Shown: one piece after another, positions 45,605 to 54,682 of the stretch
Numbering within the stretch: position 1 is the stretch's first letter
How the letters are laid out: each line of letters opens with the position of its first letter
Source of the DNA: a virus
Taxonomy: Duplodnaviria; Caudoviricetes
Reading direction: 5' to 3' (one strand)
IMG/VR virus record: IMGVR_UViG_3300005573_001331
Location: 7,945 to 71,944 of that record
Length of the DNA stretch: 64,000 nucleotides
Notes under the pieces: generated by a model
Databases searched by the model: none
Seen by the model: only the letters and a program-made list of their open reading frames with translations
What the model was told of the DNA's origin: nothing
Position numbers and translations under genes: made by a program

Positions 45605-46292
45605 ACAACAAACTCACCATTATGCGGAAGCCTACGAGGCTTACAAGGCGGAGCTTTCGAAGCCGAAGTTCGCGCCTCTTAAACCTGAGGAAGAGCGAGC
45701 GCTCATTCAGGAATATTCTCAAACCCATAGCAGAAACATCTTTGAGAGATTAGTTGAGGCTCACCTTCGTTTTGTAATTTACTTATTAAGTAAGTATTCA
45801 GTACCTCCTGAGATCCCGATAATGGATGTAATACAAGAAGGAAACATTGGCCTCATGATTGGAATTCAGAAGTATGACCCGCAGAGCTACAGTTGCAGAG
45901 TTGGTACTTATTGTGCTTACTGGATTCGCTTTTATATGAGTCAATTCTTGAATGACGCAATTAAAAGAAGAATGGAGCCTCTTATTGACGACGACAGTGG
46001 AGAGGAGGTGGGAAGTCTCGAACTTACTATACCAGATGACGACGACGAAGTTGCGCAAAAAGTAGCAAAAGAAATTCTCGGGTATGCTCACAAGCTCCTA
46101 ACAAAACGTGAGTATGCCTGTCTCACCCTATCATTAGGTTTATTGCCTCCATACCAACCGAAAACGTTGCAGGAGATTGGTTCAATGCTGCATCTCAACC
46201 TTGAGAGAGTTCGGCAACTACGGGAGGCAGCGATTCAAAAAATAAAATACATACTACAAAATCCCGACCACAAGTTCTACGGCCGAGAATAA
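45597..46292 (+). CDS. RpoD/RpoH-like sigma factor (regions 1.2, 2 and 4)
   Basis: LVEAHLRFV, DVIQEGNIGL, KYDP, YWIR, TLQEIG, ERVRQL. Confidence 0.92.
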   Translation: MDKQQTHHYAEAYEAYKAELSKPKFAPLKPEEERALIQEYSQTHSRNIFERLVEAHLRFVIYLLSKYSVPPEIPIMDVIQEGNIGLMIGIQKYDPQSYSCRVGTYCAYWIRFYMSQFLNDAIKRRMEPLIDDDSGEEVGSLELTIPDDDDEVAQKVAKEILGYAHKLLTKREYACLTLSLGLLPPYQPKTLQEIGSMLHLNLERVRQLREAAIQKIKYILQNPDHKFYGRE

Positions 46293-46307
46293 AAAAGAGA
46301 GGATTCA

Positions 46308-48431
46308 GTGGAAAAGGTAAATTTTCAGCATGAACTTGCTAACTTCATTTTTGTATCAAAATACTCGAGATATAACAAAGAAAAGAAGAGAAGAGAGACA
46401 TGGGAAGAAGCAGTAACACGCCTGGAGAAAATGCACCTTAAAAAGTTTTCTTATTTATCAGAGGAAGATAAGGCAAAGATAGTTTGGGCGATGGATTTAG
46501 TCCGTCAAAAGAGGGTTGCGCCATCAATGCGATCGTTGCAATTTGGAGGAAGAGCAATAGAGGTTAACAATGCGCGTATGTACAATTGTGCTGCGCGACA
46601 CATAGATTCTATTCGCTCATTTGCAGAAATGTTCTTTTTGTTGCTTTCTGGGTGTGGAACAACCTTTGGCTTAACAAATTTCTTTCTCAATCGACTTCCT
46701 GATTTGGTCGAACCATCCGATATGGCGCGAAATGTTATTACCTATACAATTGAAGATACTATTGAAGGATGGGCCGATAGTGTTGAAGTTTTACTAATGT
46801 CGTTTTTCAAAAACACCCCTCTTTCTGGTCGTGAAATCAAATTTGATTATAGCCGGATTCGGCCAGAAGGAGCTCCGTTGAAGACAAGCGGCGGAAAGGC
46901 TCCAGGCTTTCAGGGATTAAAGAATGCGCATAAAAAGATAAAAGCGCTGCTTAATTATGTTATAACTGTGCAAAAGCAAACTCGATTGAAGACCATTAAT
47001 GCCTACGACATACTTATGCACTGTGCTGATGCTGTACTATCAGGCGGTGTAAGGAGAAGCGCATGCGCAGTTATATTTGACAAAGAGGATAAGGATCTCT
47101 TAAATGCAAAAACCTATTTCGATGTCGAGAGTTATGAATTAAATCAAAACAAAGATGGTAGTTATTCTGGTTCTGTAACCTTCCAAGATCCTGGTTATGG
47201 CGTAAGGAAGATGCAAGTAAAGTTGACTAAATTTGCTTATGAATATCTTGTCAATTCTCGTAAGATAAGCTGGTTCGATGTGCATAAACATCGTGCAAGA
47301 AGCAACAACAGCGTCTTGCTCCTAAGAGACGAAGTTACGCTCGAACAATTTAAAGAAGTTTTTCAGCGTACAAGACAATTCGGTGAGCCAGGATTCGTCT
47401 TTGCTAATCATCCTTGGGTTCTATACAACCCTTGTTTTGAGGTATCATTTATTCCTGTAACAAAAGACGGGGTTACTGGCGTTCAATTTTGTAATCTTAC
47501 CACAGCAAATGGCAAGAAAATAACGAGTGAGAAAGACTTTCTCGAGGTAGCGGAGGCGGAGGCTATTTTAGGCACTCTTCAAGCATCTTATACTGAATTC
47601 CCATACCTGAGCCCAAGTGCAAAACAATTGACCGAGGAAGAAGCTTTGTTGGGTGTATCTATAACAGGAATAATGGAAAATCCATCCATTACGTTAAACC
47701 CCGAGCTACAAAGAAAAGCAGCTAAGTTGGTAGTCAAAACAAACAAAATCTGGGCAGAGAAAATTGGCATTAAACAAGCTGCAAGAACGACTCTCGTCAA
47801 GCCTGAGGGAACGGGTAGTCTTGTACTTGAAACATCTTCCGGCATAACTCCTTATTATAGCCGAAGGTTTTTTAGACGAGTGCAAGTCAACAGGATTGAA
47901 ACTCCCTATATGTATTTCAAATCTATCAATCCTCATATGACGGAGAAATCAATCTGGGATGCAAACAATACGGATGATGTCATAACTTTTCCCATAGAGG
48001 TAAGTGAGAAGGCCCTCACTAAAGATGATCTCACTGCTTTGCAACACCTTGAATTGATCAAAAGTACCCAATTAAACTGGGTGAATACAGGAACAACAGA
48101 GGCGAATAAGAAGCCCATCACTCATAATGTCTCTTGTACCGTTATTGTAAAAGAGGATGAATGGGAGGATGTATTAAAATACTTATACGAAAATCGCAAC
48201 TACTTTGCAGCGGTTGCATTGCTACCAAGTATGGGAGACAAAATATACCAGCAAGCTCCTCTTCAAGCAGTAACAACAAAGGAAGATGAGGAAAAGTGGG
48301 AGCAGATAATTAAAAACTATACAGTGGTAGACTACAGACACTTAAAAGAAGAGGATGATAATACCGCCGTACAGCAGGAGGTTGTCTGTGGCGGTGGGGC
48401 TTGTGAAATTCCTATTTTAACAGGAGATTAA
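46308..48431 (+). CDS. nrdJ: Class II (B12-dependent) ribonucleotide reductase
   Basis: YNC, GGVRRSA, NPCFE, FCNLT, VKPEGT, C-terminal CGGGAC. Confidence 0.93.
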   Translation: MEKVNFQHELANFIFVSKYSRYNKEKKRRETWEEAVTRLEKMHLKKFSYLSEEDKAKIVWAMDLVRQKRVAPSMRSLQFGGRAIEVNNARMYNCAARHIDSIRSFAEMFFLLLSGCGTTFGLTNFFLNRLPDLVEPSDMARNVITYTIEDTIEGWADSVEVLLMSFFKNTPLSGREIKFDYSRIRPEGAPLKTSGGKAPGFQGLKNAHKKIKALLNYVITVQKQTRLKTINAYDILMHCADAVLSGGVRRSACAVIFDKEDKDLLNAKTYFDVESYELNQNKDGSYSGSVTFQDPGYGVRKMQVKLTKFAYEYLVNSRKISWFDVHKHRARSNNSVLLLRDEVTLEQFKEVFQRTRQFGEPGFVFANHPWVLYNPCFEVSFIPVTKDGVTGVQFCNLTTANGKKITSEKDFLEVAEAEAILGTLQASYTEFPYLSPSAKQLTEEEALLGVSITGIMENPSITLNPELQRKAAKLVVKTNKIWAEKIGIKQAARTTLVKPEGTGSLVLETSSGITPYYSRRFFRRVQVNRIETPYMYFKSINPHMTEKSIWDANNTDDVITFPIEVSEKALTKDDLTALQHLELIKSTQLNWVNTGTTEANKKPITHNVSCTVIVKEDEWEDVLKYLYENRNYFAAVALLPSMGDKIYQQAPLQAVTTKEDEEKWEQIIKNYTVVDYRHLKEEDDNTAVQQEVVCGGGACEIPILTGD

Positions 48432-49109
48432 GTGATTACAATAGCAGAGAATATAACCGTACCGATGCTCTTACCACGACGTGGTAAGGGACATTCAGAA
48501 ATCACAGCAACCTTTAAAGTATTAACAACTACTGATGTACAGCCCTTAGATTTGTTGCAGCCTTTATCCACATTCTATCGCACGACACTTCTAAAAGACA
48601 CTCTTTCTGAATTGGCTCGTAAAATTGTACAGCAAAATCGCCTGGACAGCGTAGTAGTCGATGCTAGCTTCGGCTATGTTCTGGATCGCGTTTCCGCCTC
48701 TTTTATACCAACTGTCTATTCATATCCCTGCAATTATCGACTCTCTTCCGATGCGAAGGCTACTGAACACTTTGATATGTCAATAAAACTGCCTTTTCTT
48801 ATATTTGACGAACAAAAGCAACTAATGGCGAATGAATTAGAGGTAACTCTTATCAATCCTGCAAACAAAGTATTTTTAGAGGACATTATTGATAGAGTGC
48901 AACAGCTTTGCAAGGTAAAATTCTACCCCGCATCGTCAACTCAAGATGAGAAGGAAAATATAAGACGCGTACGTAGTGAAAAGGCACTACCAGAAGTATT
49001 GTATAAGTTCACATCTAGTGTAACAGATAGCAAGTGGGCAAAGTCTGTTACAGTCGTCGTTAGCTATCGTGATATATACAATAATTTCATTTTACGAACG
49101 GTTTTCTAG
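48432..49109 (+). CDS. Degenerate FolE2-like double T-fold protein lacking catalytic residues
   Basis: Collinear with the FolE2 at 54683 (e.g. FLEDIIDRVQ/WIEDLVAAVE, FYPASSTQDE/VYPLLKRPDE) but has no CPC, HNQRS or ESIH. Confidence 0.6.
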   Translation: MITIAENITVPMLLPRRGKGHSEITATFKVLTTTDVQPLDLLQPLSTFYRTTLLKDTLSELARKIVQQNRLDSVVVDASFGYVLDRVSASFIPTVYSYPCNYRLSSDAKATEHFDMSIKLPFLIFDEQKQLMANELEVTLINPANKVFLEDIIDRVQQLCKVKFYPASSTQDEKENIRRVRSEKALPEVLYKFTSSVTDSKWAKSVTVVVSYRDIYNNFILRTVF

Positions 49110-49131
49110 TGTATTTTAATAAGAGAAGAGT

Positions 49132-49890
49132 ATGACACATCCGAAGTTACATAAAGAGAAGTTATTACTGAGTGGTGACGGTGTATTTGAGACTATTCAA
49201 GGGGAAGGTCCTTCAATACAAACACCATCAGTTTTTATTCGGCTTCACAGCTGCAATTTGCACTGCGTTTTTGAAGGTGGGCAGATTTGTGACAGTTGGT
49301 ATACATGGAAGACAGATACAAAGGAGTATCTAACCGAATGGAGTCTCATTTCCGTCGAAGAATTACTTAAGGAAGTATTGCAATATAAATCCAGAAATAT
49401 AGTCTTTACAGGGGGCGAGCCGCTTCTGCAACAGAAGCAAATACTACAGTTTATGCAGTTATTTAGGACAAAAGTGCCTTCTAACGAGCGTGTAAGTTTT
49501 GAGATAGAGACCAATGCAACGATTAAGCCGTTGGAACAGTTTGAGGTATATACACAGGCTCATGTATTAAGATTCAATTGCTCCCCTAAACTCTCGAGTT
49601 CCGGCAACGATACAAAGCTAAGTATAAAAAGGGACGTATTGCAGTATTTTAATACTCTAAATTCGGTATTCAAGTTTGTGGTTACAAAAGATAGCGATAT
49701 AGAAGAGATTGAGCATTTACAAAACCAAATACCCCTGTCAAAAGAAAAGATCTGGATAATGCCGGAAGGCACAGACTCAGCTGACATTATCGACAAAACA
49801 CGTAATTTAGTAAAAATTGCAATCAAGAAGCAGTGGCATGTAACTACGCGATTGCAGGTAATACTTTGGGGAAATAAAAGAAGGGTGTGA
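49132..49890 (+). CDS. queE: 7-carboxy-7-deazaguanine synthase (radical SAM)
   Basis: FETIQGEG, FIRL, CNLHC-x7-CDS, TGGEP, IETN, SPKL, KFVV, MPEG, RLQ. Confidence 0.93.
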   Translation: MTHPKLHKEKLLLSGDGVFETIQGEGPSIQTPSVFIRLHSCNLHCVFEGGQICDSWYTWKTDTKEYLTEWSLISVEELLKEVLQYKSRNIVFTGGEPLLQQKQILQFMQLFRTKVPSNERVSFEIETNATIKPLEQFEVYTQAHVLRFNCSPKLSSSGNDTKLSIKRDVLQYFNTLNSVFKFVVTKDSDIEEIEHLQNQIPLSKEKIWIMPEGTDSADIIDKTRNLVKIAIKKQWHVTTRLQVILWGNKRRV

Positions 49891-49894
49891 TGAT

Positions 49895-50194
49895 ATGAGA
49901 GAAGAGCTTGTGGAAAAGGTAGTAGATGATCTTACAGCGTCAACCTATGGCCACCCCCTGCAATTCCACGATGCGAGAGAAATGTTTCTCTTTCTGATAA
50001 GTCAATTACAAGCGCTTAACTATGTAATAATACCAAAACATGTTTCGGTGGATTCTTATTCATCCGACGTTTTAAAAACAGTCGTTGCTCAATCAATCGG
50101 AGGCGCAAATACTATTGATAAAGATGATGTAAATGCGGAAGAGATTCTTCGGCAATTACAATACTACGGCTGGGTAATTATACCAGCACAATAA
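49895..50194 (+). CDS. Hypothetical protein with weak internal duplication
   Basis: LQALNYVIIP / LQYYGWVIIP. Confidence 0.55.
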   Translation: MREELVEKVVDDLTASTYGHPLQFHDAREMFLFLISQLQALNYVIIPKHVSVDSYSSDVLKTVVAQSIGGANTIDKDDVNAEEILRQLQYYGWVIIPAQ

Positions 50195-50217
50195 TTAATT
50201 ACGCCAACGATAATAAA

Positions 50218-51675
50218 ATGCCTTTCATTCCTATACAATTTACGCCGGTATACTGTAAAATACTCAGTATACCTCCTAACCTTGACCAGATATTATACGA
50301 TAAACTCTCCTACCGTCCCGAAGGATTCATGTTCAGTCCGCGCTATCTAAAAAATCAATGGGATGGCTATACACATCTGTACTCAATGAAGACAAAAAAA
50401 TTCGGTAGCGGTCTTCTTGATAGAGTTAAGGAGATATTAGGAGAGTATGGCTATACAGTCTCGGTAAGTGGATTTCCCAAACCGAAACCATTTGTTCAGA
50501 GAAGTGATACTTATACATTGAGGCCGCATCAACTAAGAGTAGCAAAAGATATCTGTGAAAAGAGATTCGGTATTGTGAATATACCTATTCGAGGAGGTAA
50601 AACATTAATCGCCATCGCTGTATTCGACAGTGAGCGGGAATTTCCTGCGGTTATGCTTGTTAGAAGCAAAGAGCTTTTATACCAGACTCAGAAAAGAATG
50701 CAGCAATTTTTGCCCAGTGTTAGTTGTGGAATCGTTGGCGACGGCCATTGTGATATAAAAGACGTAACTATTGTTACAGTACAAACTGCCTTTTCTGCGT
50801 ACAATGAAAAGCCGGAGGAAAGATTTGGTAGTGAAGCACCAATTGAATCTGAGCAGGATAAGCAAGCAATAAGGAATCTACTGGAAACCTGTAAAATTCT
50901 CTTTCAAGACGAAACACATCACGCGCATGCGAGGACAAATGCTTGGATTACCAGTCGCGCGAGAAGCGTTACGATGAGGATCGGATTAAGCGGTACCCCC
51001 TTCTCAGGTGATGAAGCTGCTGATATGAAAAGAGAGAGATCGATGGGCTCGATTATATCAGAGGTTAGCTGGCAGGAATTAATCGATGCTGGTTACTTAC
51101 TGGCTCCATCTGTCTTCCTCTACAAGCTCCCCAAAACGCCTTCAGTTACAAAAAGAGATACGTATAGTCAAGTTTATAAAAAGGCAATAAGTGAGAATGA
51201 ATACTTACTCAAAGTACTGAGGCATCTCGTGAATAAAATAACAAGCAAACAAAAGTCTGTTGTTGTTCATGTAGATAAAATTAAGCACGCAGAACTAATA
51301 TCAAAATACCTCAATATACCAAAGCTAATTGGTGAGGATACAACAGAAAGACGAAAAGAGATACTTTCCAAATTGGAGCAGAAGGAAATACTAGCCGTTG
51401 TCTCTGATCTGTTTAAGGAGGGGGTTGATATAGCTTCGCTTGACTATGTTATAAATGCTGCAGGGGGAAAGAGTCTTATTCTCGCAACACAGAGAATGCG
51501 TTCCTTGACGGCACATGAAGGAAAACAAGTCGGCGGGGTTATAGATTTTATTTTTCAAGACGAATACCTGCGTCGCCATAGTAAGGCGAGAAAGCGCGTG
51601 TATAATAGTATTCCAGGAGCAAAGATAAGGGAGTATGATTTGAGCAATCTGTCAATTGAAGATATTCCGGAGTAA
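50218..51675 (+). CDS. Superfamily 2 helicase (UvsW-like)
   Basis: LRPHQ, RGGKT, DETH, GLSGTP, EGVD. Confidence 0.88.
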   Translation: MPFIPIQFTPVYCKILSIPPNLDQILYDKLSYRPEGFMFSPRYLKNQWDGYTHLYSMKTKKFGSGLLDRVKEILGEYGYTVSVSGFPKPKPFVQRSDTYTLRPHQLRVAKDICEKRFGIVNIPIRGGKTLIAIAVFDSEREFPAVMLVRSKELLYQTQKRMQQFLPSVSCGIVGDGHCDIKDVTIVTVQTAFSAYNEKPEERFGSEAPIESEQDKQAIRNLLETCKILFQDETHHAHARTNAWITSRARSVTMRIGLSGTPFSGDEAADMKRERSMGSIISEVSWQELIDAGYLLAPSVFLYKLPKTPSVTKRDTYSQVYKKAISENEYLLKVLRHLVNKITSKQKSVVVHVDKIKHAELISKYLNIPKLIGEDTTERRKEILSKLEQKEILAVVSDLFKEGVDIASLDYVINAAGGKSLILATQRMRSLTAHEGKQVGGVIDFIFQDEYLRRHSKARKRVYNSIPGAKIREYDLSNLSIEDIPE

Positions 51676-52078
51676 TGCTATGCCTCAACTTACTTTTAGA
51701 GGAGAAAAACCAGTTGAAAAGTGGAGTAGTCGTGATATACTTATCTACTTCTCAGACAAGATAGCAGAAGTAACAGGAACCAGAATGCAAATCGAGCCTG
51801 TTGCATGGGTTGCTTATCTTAGTCGTATAAAAGGGTTTCAGATGAAGCTAAATCTCAGCCCGCAAATGTACAAAGACTTTATTGATATCGTCTGTGATAA
51901 GTTCCTCAGGATTGACGGCTACGTACCAGCATTTGGAGCCATTGTTAGTGAGAAAGTATATCATATAGCACGCAAATACATCAATCCGACGTTCTCATCA
52001 GAATTTGAGAAACTCGCGCAAGAGCTATATTCTGATAACGGTCTGTTTTCCAAATTGATTAAGAAGGAAGGCCAATAA
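51656..52078 (+). CDS. Hypothetical protein, possible replication initiator partner
   Basis: 140 aa coupled to the DnaC-like gene; positional inference. Confidence 0.5.
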   Translation: MKIFRSNAMPQLTFRGEKPVEKWSSRDILIYFSDKIAEVTGTRMQIEPVAWVAYLSRIKGFQMKLNLSPQMYKDFIDIVCDKFLRIDGYVPAFGAIVSEKVYHIARKYINPTFSSEFEKLAQELYSDNGLFSKLIKKEGQ

Positions 52079-52833
52079 TGCAGTTCCTTACATTATCAAA
52101 AGAGGACATAGCCAAGGTTAGGGCTGAATTGATCGGTAAAGTATGTGGAAATAAGTGTAACGCTACAGGAGTTCTCTTTGATGGTAAGGAATTTATCGAT
52201 TGTGAGTGTGTAACAGAGTTCAAAAGAAGAGTGCTTTTTCTTAATGCGGGCATTCCAAAGCGTTATCATGATTTTACTCTTGACAACCTAACTGAGGAGT
52301 TTAGGCGTACAAATAAAAAGGCTCTTGATTTCGTCGTCCACTATTACAACAATTTGCAAGAAATGCTGCAGAATGGTATCGGGCTTTTTATTCAAGGAAA
52401 GTCAGGTCTTGCAAAAAGCGCATTGGGCTATTATATCCTGAAGGGGGCGCTTCAACAGAACTATGTTGCGTATGCAATTAAGATGAGTTCACTGACGAAG
52501 CTTATTTATGAGGCTTTGGAGAAACAAGAAGCTTATGATATGCTGGCTTTTCTTCGACAAGATGTACAGTTTTTGATGATAGATGAGATTGAAAAAGATT
52601 ATAAAACTTCAGACACATCTACATATGGAGGCACACAGGTAAACGAATTTTTCTCAAGCATTTACGACATGGAAAAGCCACTCATCGTAACTTCGAATGT
52701 TACGAAGAATGGTTTACGCGGCATACAAGCAGAAAATCTAGTAGACCGCTTTTCCGAGTTGGTCGATATTGTATTAACTGGTGAAAGTTATAGAAAACCA
52801 GAGAACGCAATAAAGCGTCTATTAAGTGAATAA
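52078..52833 (+). CDS. DnaC/IstB-like helicase loader ATPase
   Basis: CECV, GIPKRY, GKSGLAKS, IDEI, TSN, DRF. Confidence 0.85.
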   Translation: MQFLTLSKEDIAKVRAELIGKVCGNKCNATGVLFDGKEFIDCECVTEFKRRVLFLNAGIPKRYHDFTLDNLTEEFRRTNKKALDFVVHYYNNLQEMLQNGIGLFIQGKSGLAKSALGYYILKGALQQNYVAYAIKMSSLTKLIYEALEKQEAYDMLAFLRQDVQFLMIDEIEKDYKTSDTSTYGGTQVNEFFSSIYDMEKPLIVTSNVTKNGLRGIQAENLVDRFSELVDIVLTGESYRKPENAIKRLLSE

Positions 52834-52836
52834 ACA

Positions 52837-54168
52837 ATGCCACAATCACCCGAGTCTCCTGTAATTTATCTGTCTAACAAGGAAACAGAGTTAAAAGTAT
52901 TGGCTAGTTTCCTTCGTTATCCAAAGTACTGGAAAAGTATACCCCTCTCTTTCTTTACGGATGAGGTAAACCGAAAATGCTACCAAGAATTGGAGAGATT
53001 TCAAAAGCCTCCATATAACACCTTCGCTAGTTATGAAACTGCTATTGAAAAGGTTGCCGATGCAGAAGTAAAGCTACGCCTTACAGAGCTCTCAGTAATG
53101 GATGTAAATCCAGTCGATACTCCTGTTCACTTACACACGTTATTTGAGATGTATGCAAGAAGGCAGGCGCAAAGTGTAGCATCTTCTCTTGCTAACGCGA
53201 TTGAGAAGCCGGACATTTTTAAGAGTATCCGTGAAGTACTCGTTAACCTTACAGAAATAAACGACCCCCTTGAACAAGGGTTAGTGGAGCGCGAGTTCGT
53301 TTATGAATCCGTGAAGGAACGATGGGAAAGATATAAGTTAATAGAGAGTGATCCACTCGCTCTTGGTAGAATTCCTACAAAAATAAAAGAACTAGATCAG
53401 TATCTAAACGGCGGGCCAAGACCTTCTGAGATTCTGCTCTTTTATGGAAGTACTGGCGCTGGAAAGACACGTGTAAAGGCAAATATTGCCTACAACATGG
53501 CTGTACTTGACAATAAAGATGTTATGGTAATAACTCTCGAAGTGCCGAGAATTGATTATGAGACAATCTTCGATAGTCGGCACGGCCTGCTAAACTTTAG
53601 TGATATAACAGGCGGAAAGTTAGCGGAAAGACGGCAGGATTATCTTGATGTATTGAGAAATATAAGAGATTCAAAGCCTTCTCTCTACATAGTTGACATT
53701 CCTGGACGGGCCACTTCGGCCGATATCATAAGAGAACTGCAAGTATACTACATGAAAACGGGCAAATATCCTGAGGTGCTTGTAATTGATTATGTAAACG
53801 AGCTCGAACCTGTAACATCATGGAGTAACACTTCTGAAAAATTTAAAAATCTCGGGGTAGAGCTAAGAAGGATCGCGCGTTCCTTTAAGTTACTTATCGT
53901 GACTAGTATGCAGGAGAACAGAGAAGGCATGCAAATGAAGAACAAAGAGAAGTCGGATCTCTCAAATATCAGTGAATCTCATTACTTTTCCAATGTCTGC
54001 TCTGTAATAATTCACCTCTATCAGGATGAGGTTGACATGGTTAGCAATCAGATGCACTTTAGTATAAAGAAAAATCGCCATGGAAGAGCAGATGTTAGCT
54101 TTCCCGTATTTTTCAATCCAGTATTTAATTATGTAGGTGACAGAACCTTGACAACCGGAGAAAAATAA
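52837..54168 (+). CDS. dnaB: DnaB-like replicative helicase
   Basis: GSTGAGKT, TLE, VIDY, SMQ, KNRHG. Confidence 0.9.
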   Translation: MPQSPESPVIYLSNKETELKVLASFLRYPKYWKSIPLSFFTDEVNRKCYQELERFQKPPYNTFASYETAIEKVADAEVKLRLTELSVMDVNPVDTPVHLHTLFEMYARRQAQSVASSLANAIEKPDIFKSIREVLVNLTEINDPLEQGLVEREFVYESVKERWERYKLIESDPLALGRIPTKIKELDQYLNGGPRPSEILLFYGSTGAGKTRVKANIAYNMAVLDNKDVMVITLEVPRIDYETIFDSRHGLLNFSDITGGKLAERRQDYLDVLRNIRDSKPSLYIVDIPGRATSADIIRELQVYYMKTGKYPEVLVIDYVNELEPVTSWSNTSEKFKNLGVELRRIARSFKLLIVTSMQENREGMQMKNKEKSDLSNISESHYFSNVCSVIIHLYQDEVDMVSNQMHFSIKKNRHGRADVSFPVFFNPVFNYVGDRTLTTGEK

Positions 54169-54178
54169 CAGTTTAGTA

Positions 54179-54679
54179 ATGAGTCGCGTTATAGAAATCC
54201 TTGAACGTTATAACATTGAGCACAAGTTAGAGGGAAACTCAGAAGTACTTTTCCTTTGTCCCTTTCATGATGACCACTCGCTCGGAAGTGCAAAGTTTAA
54301 CTTGGTTGAAGAAATCTACCACTGTTTTAGCTGTGGTGCAAAGGGTAATATATACACCTTTGTCGCTAATATTGAAAATTGCTCATTAGCACAAGCAGAG
54401 CAGATAATCAACGGCAGTACTATCACAGCCGAGCAGATCAAGAATAAAAAGTTTGGTGTGCAGGGCTATCAATACCAAAAGATGGTCGCCTATCTTACAA
54501 AAAGTATACTCACAAAATTATCTGAGCTAAAAGAAAAGATAAACGCGTCTTTTCTGGTAAAATGGATAAGTATTATAAATAGCTTACAGTCCATACCTCT
54601 CGATGATCTTGACAACGAGTATAAAAAGTTGATTTTAATTTATAAAATCTTTCTTACAGAACTAAAAACAATGGAGTGA
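54179..54679 (+). CDS. Stand-alone CHC2 primase Zn-binding domain plus helical C-terminus
   Basis: LCPFHDD...YHCFSCGAKGN; no TOPRIM domain. Confidence 0.85.
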   Translation: MSRVIEILERYNIEHKLEGNSEVLFLCPFHDDHSLGSAKFNLVEEIYHCFSCGAKGNIYTFVANIENCSLAQAEQIINGSTITAEQIKNKKFGVQGYQYQKMVAYLTKSILTKLSELKEKINASFLVKWISIINSLQSIPLDDLDNEYKKLILIYKIFLTELKTME

Positions 54680-54682
54680 AAA

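Noticed and set aside
48432-49109. QueF or QueF-like nitrile reductase call for the second T-fold ORF
   Set aside because: No CPxTGxPD or E(S/L)K(S/A) QueF motifs; the collinearity is with FolE2.
49132-49890. QueE C-x3-C-x7-C spacing as a novelty
   Set aside because: Insertions in the radical-SAM cluster loop are already known among QueE enzymes.
8258-54168. Inteins, group I introns or homing endonucleases in terL, polA, nrdJ, dnaB or recA
   Set aside because: Lengths are ordinary, motifs are contiguous, and no C/S...HN splice ends or LAGLIDADG/HNH motifs were seen.
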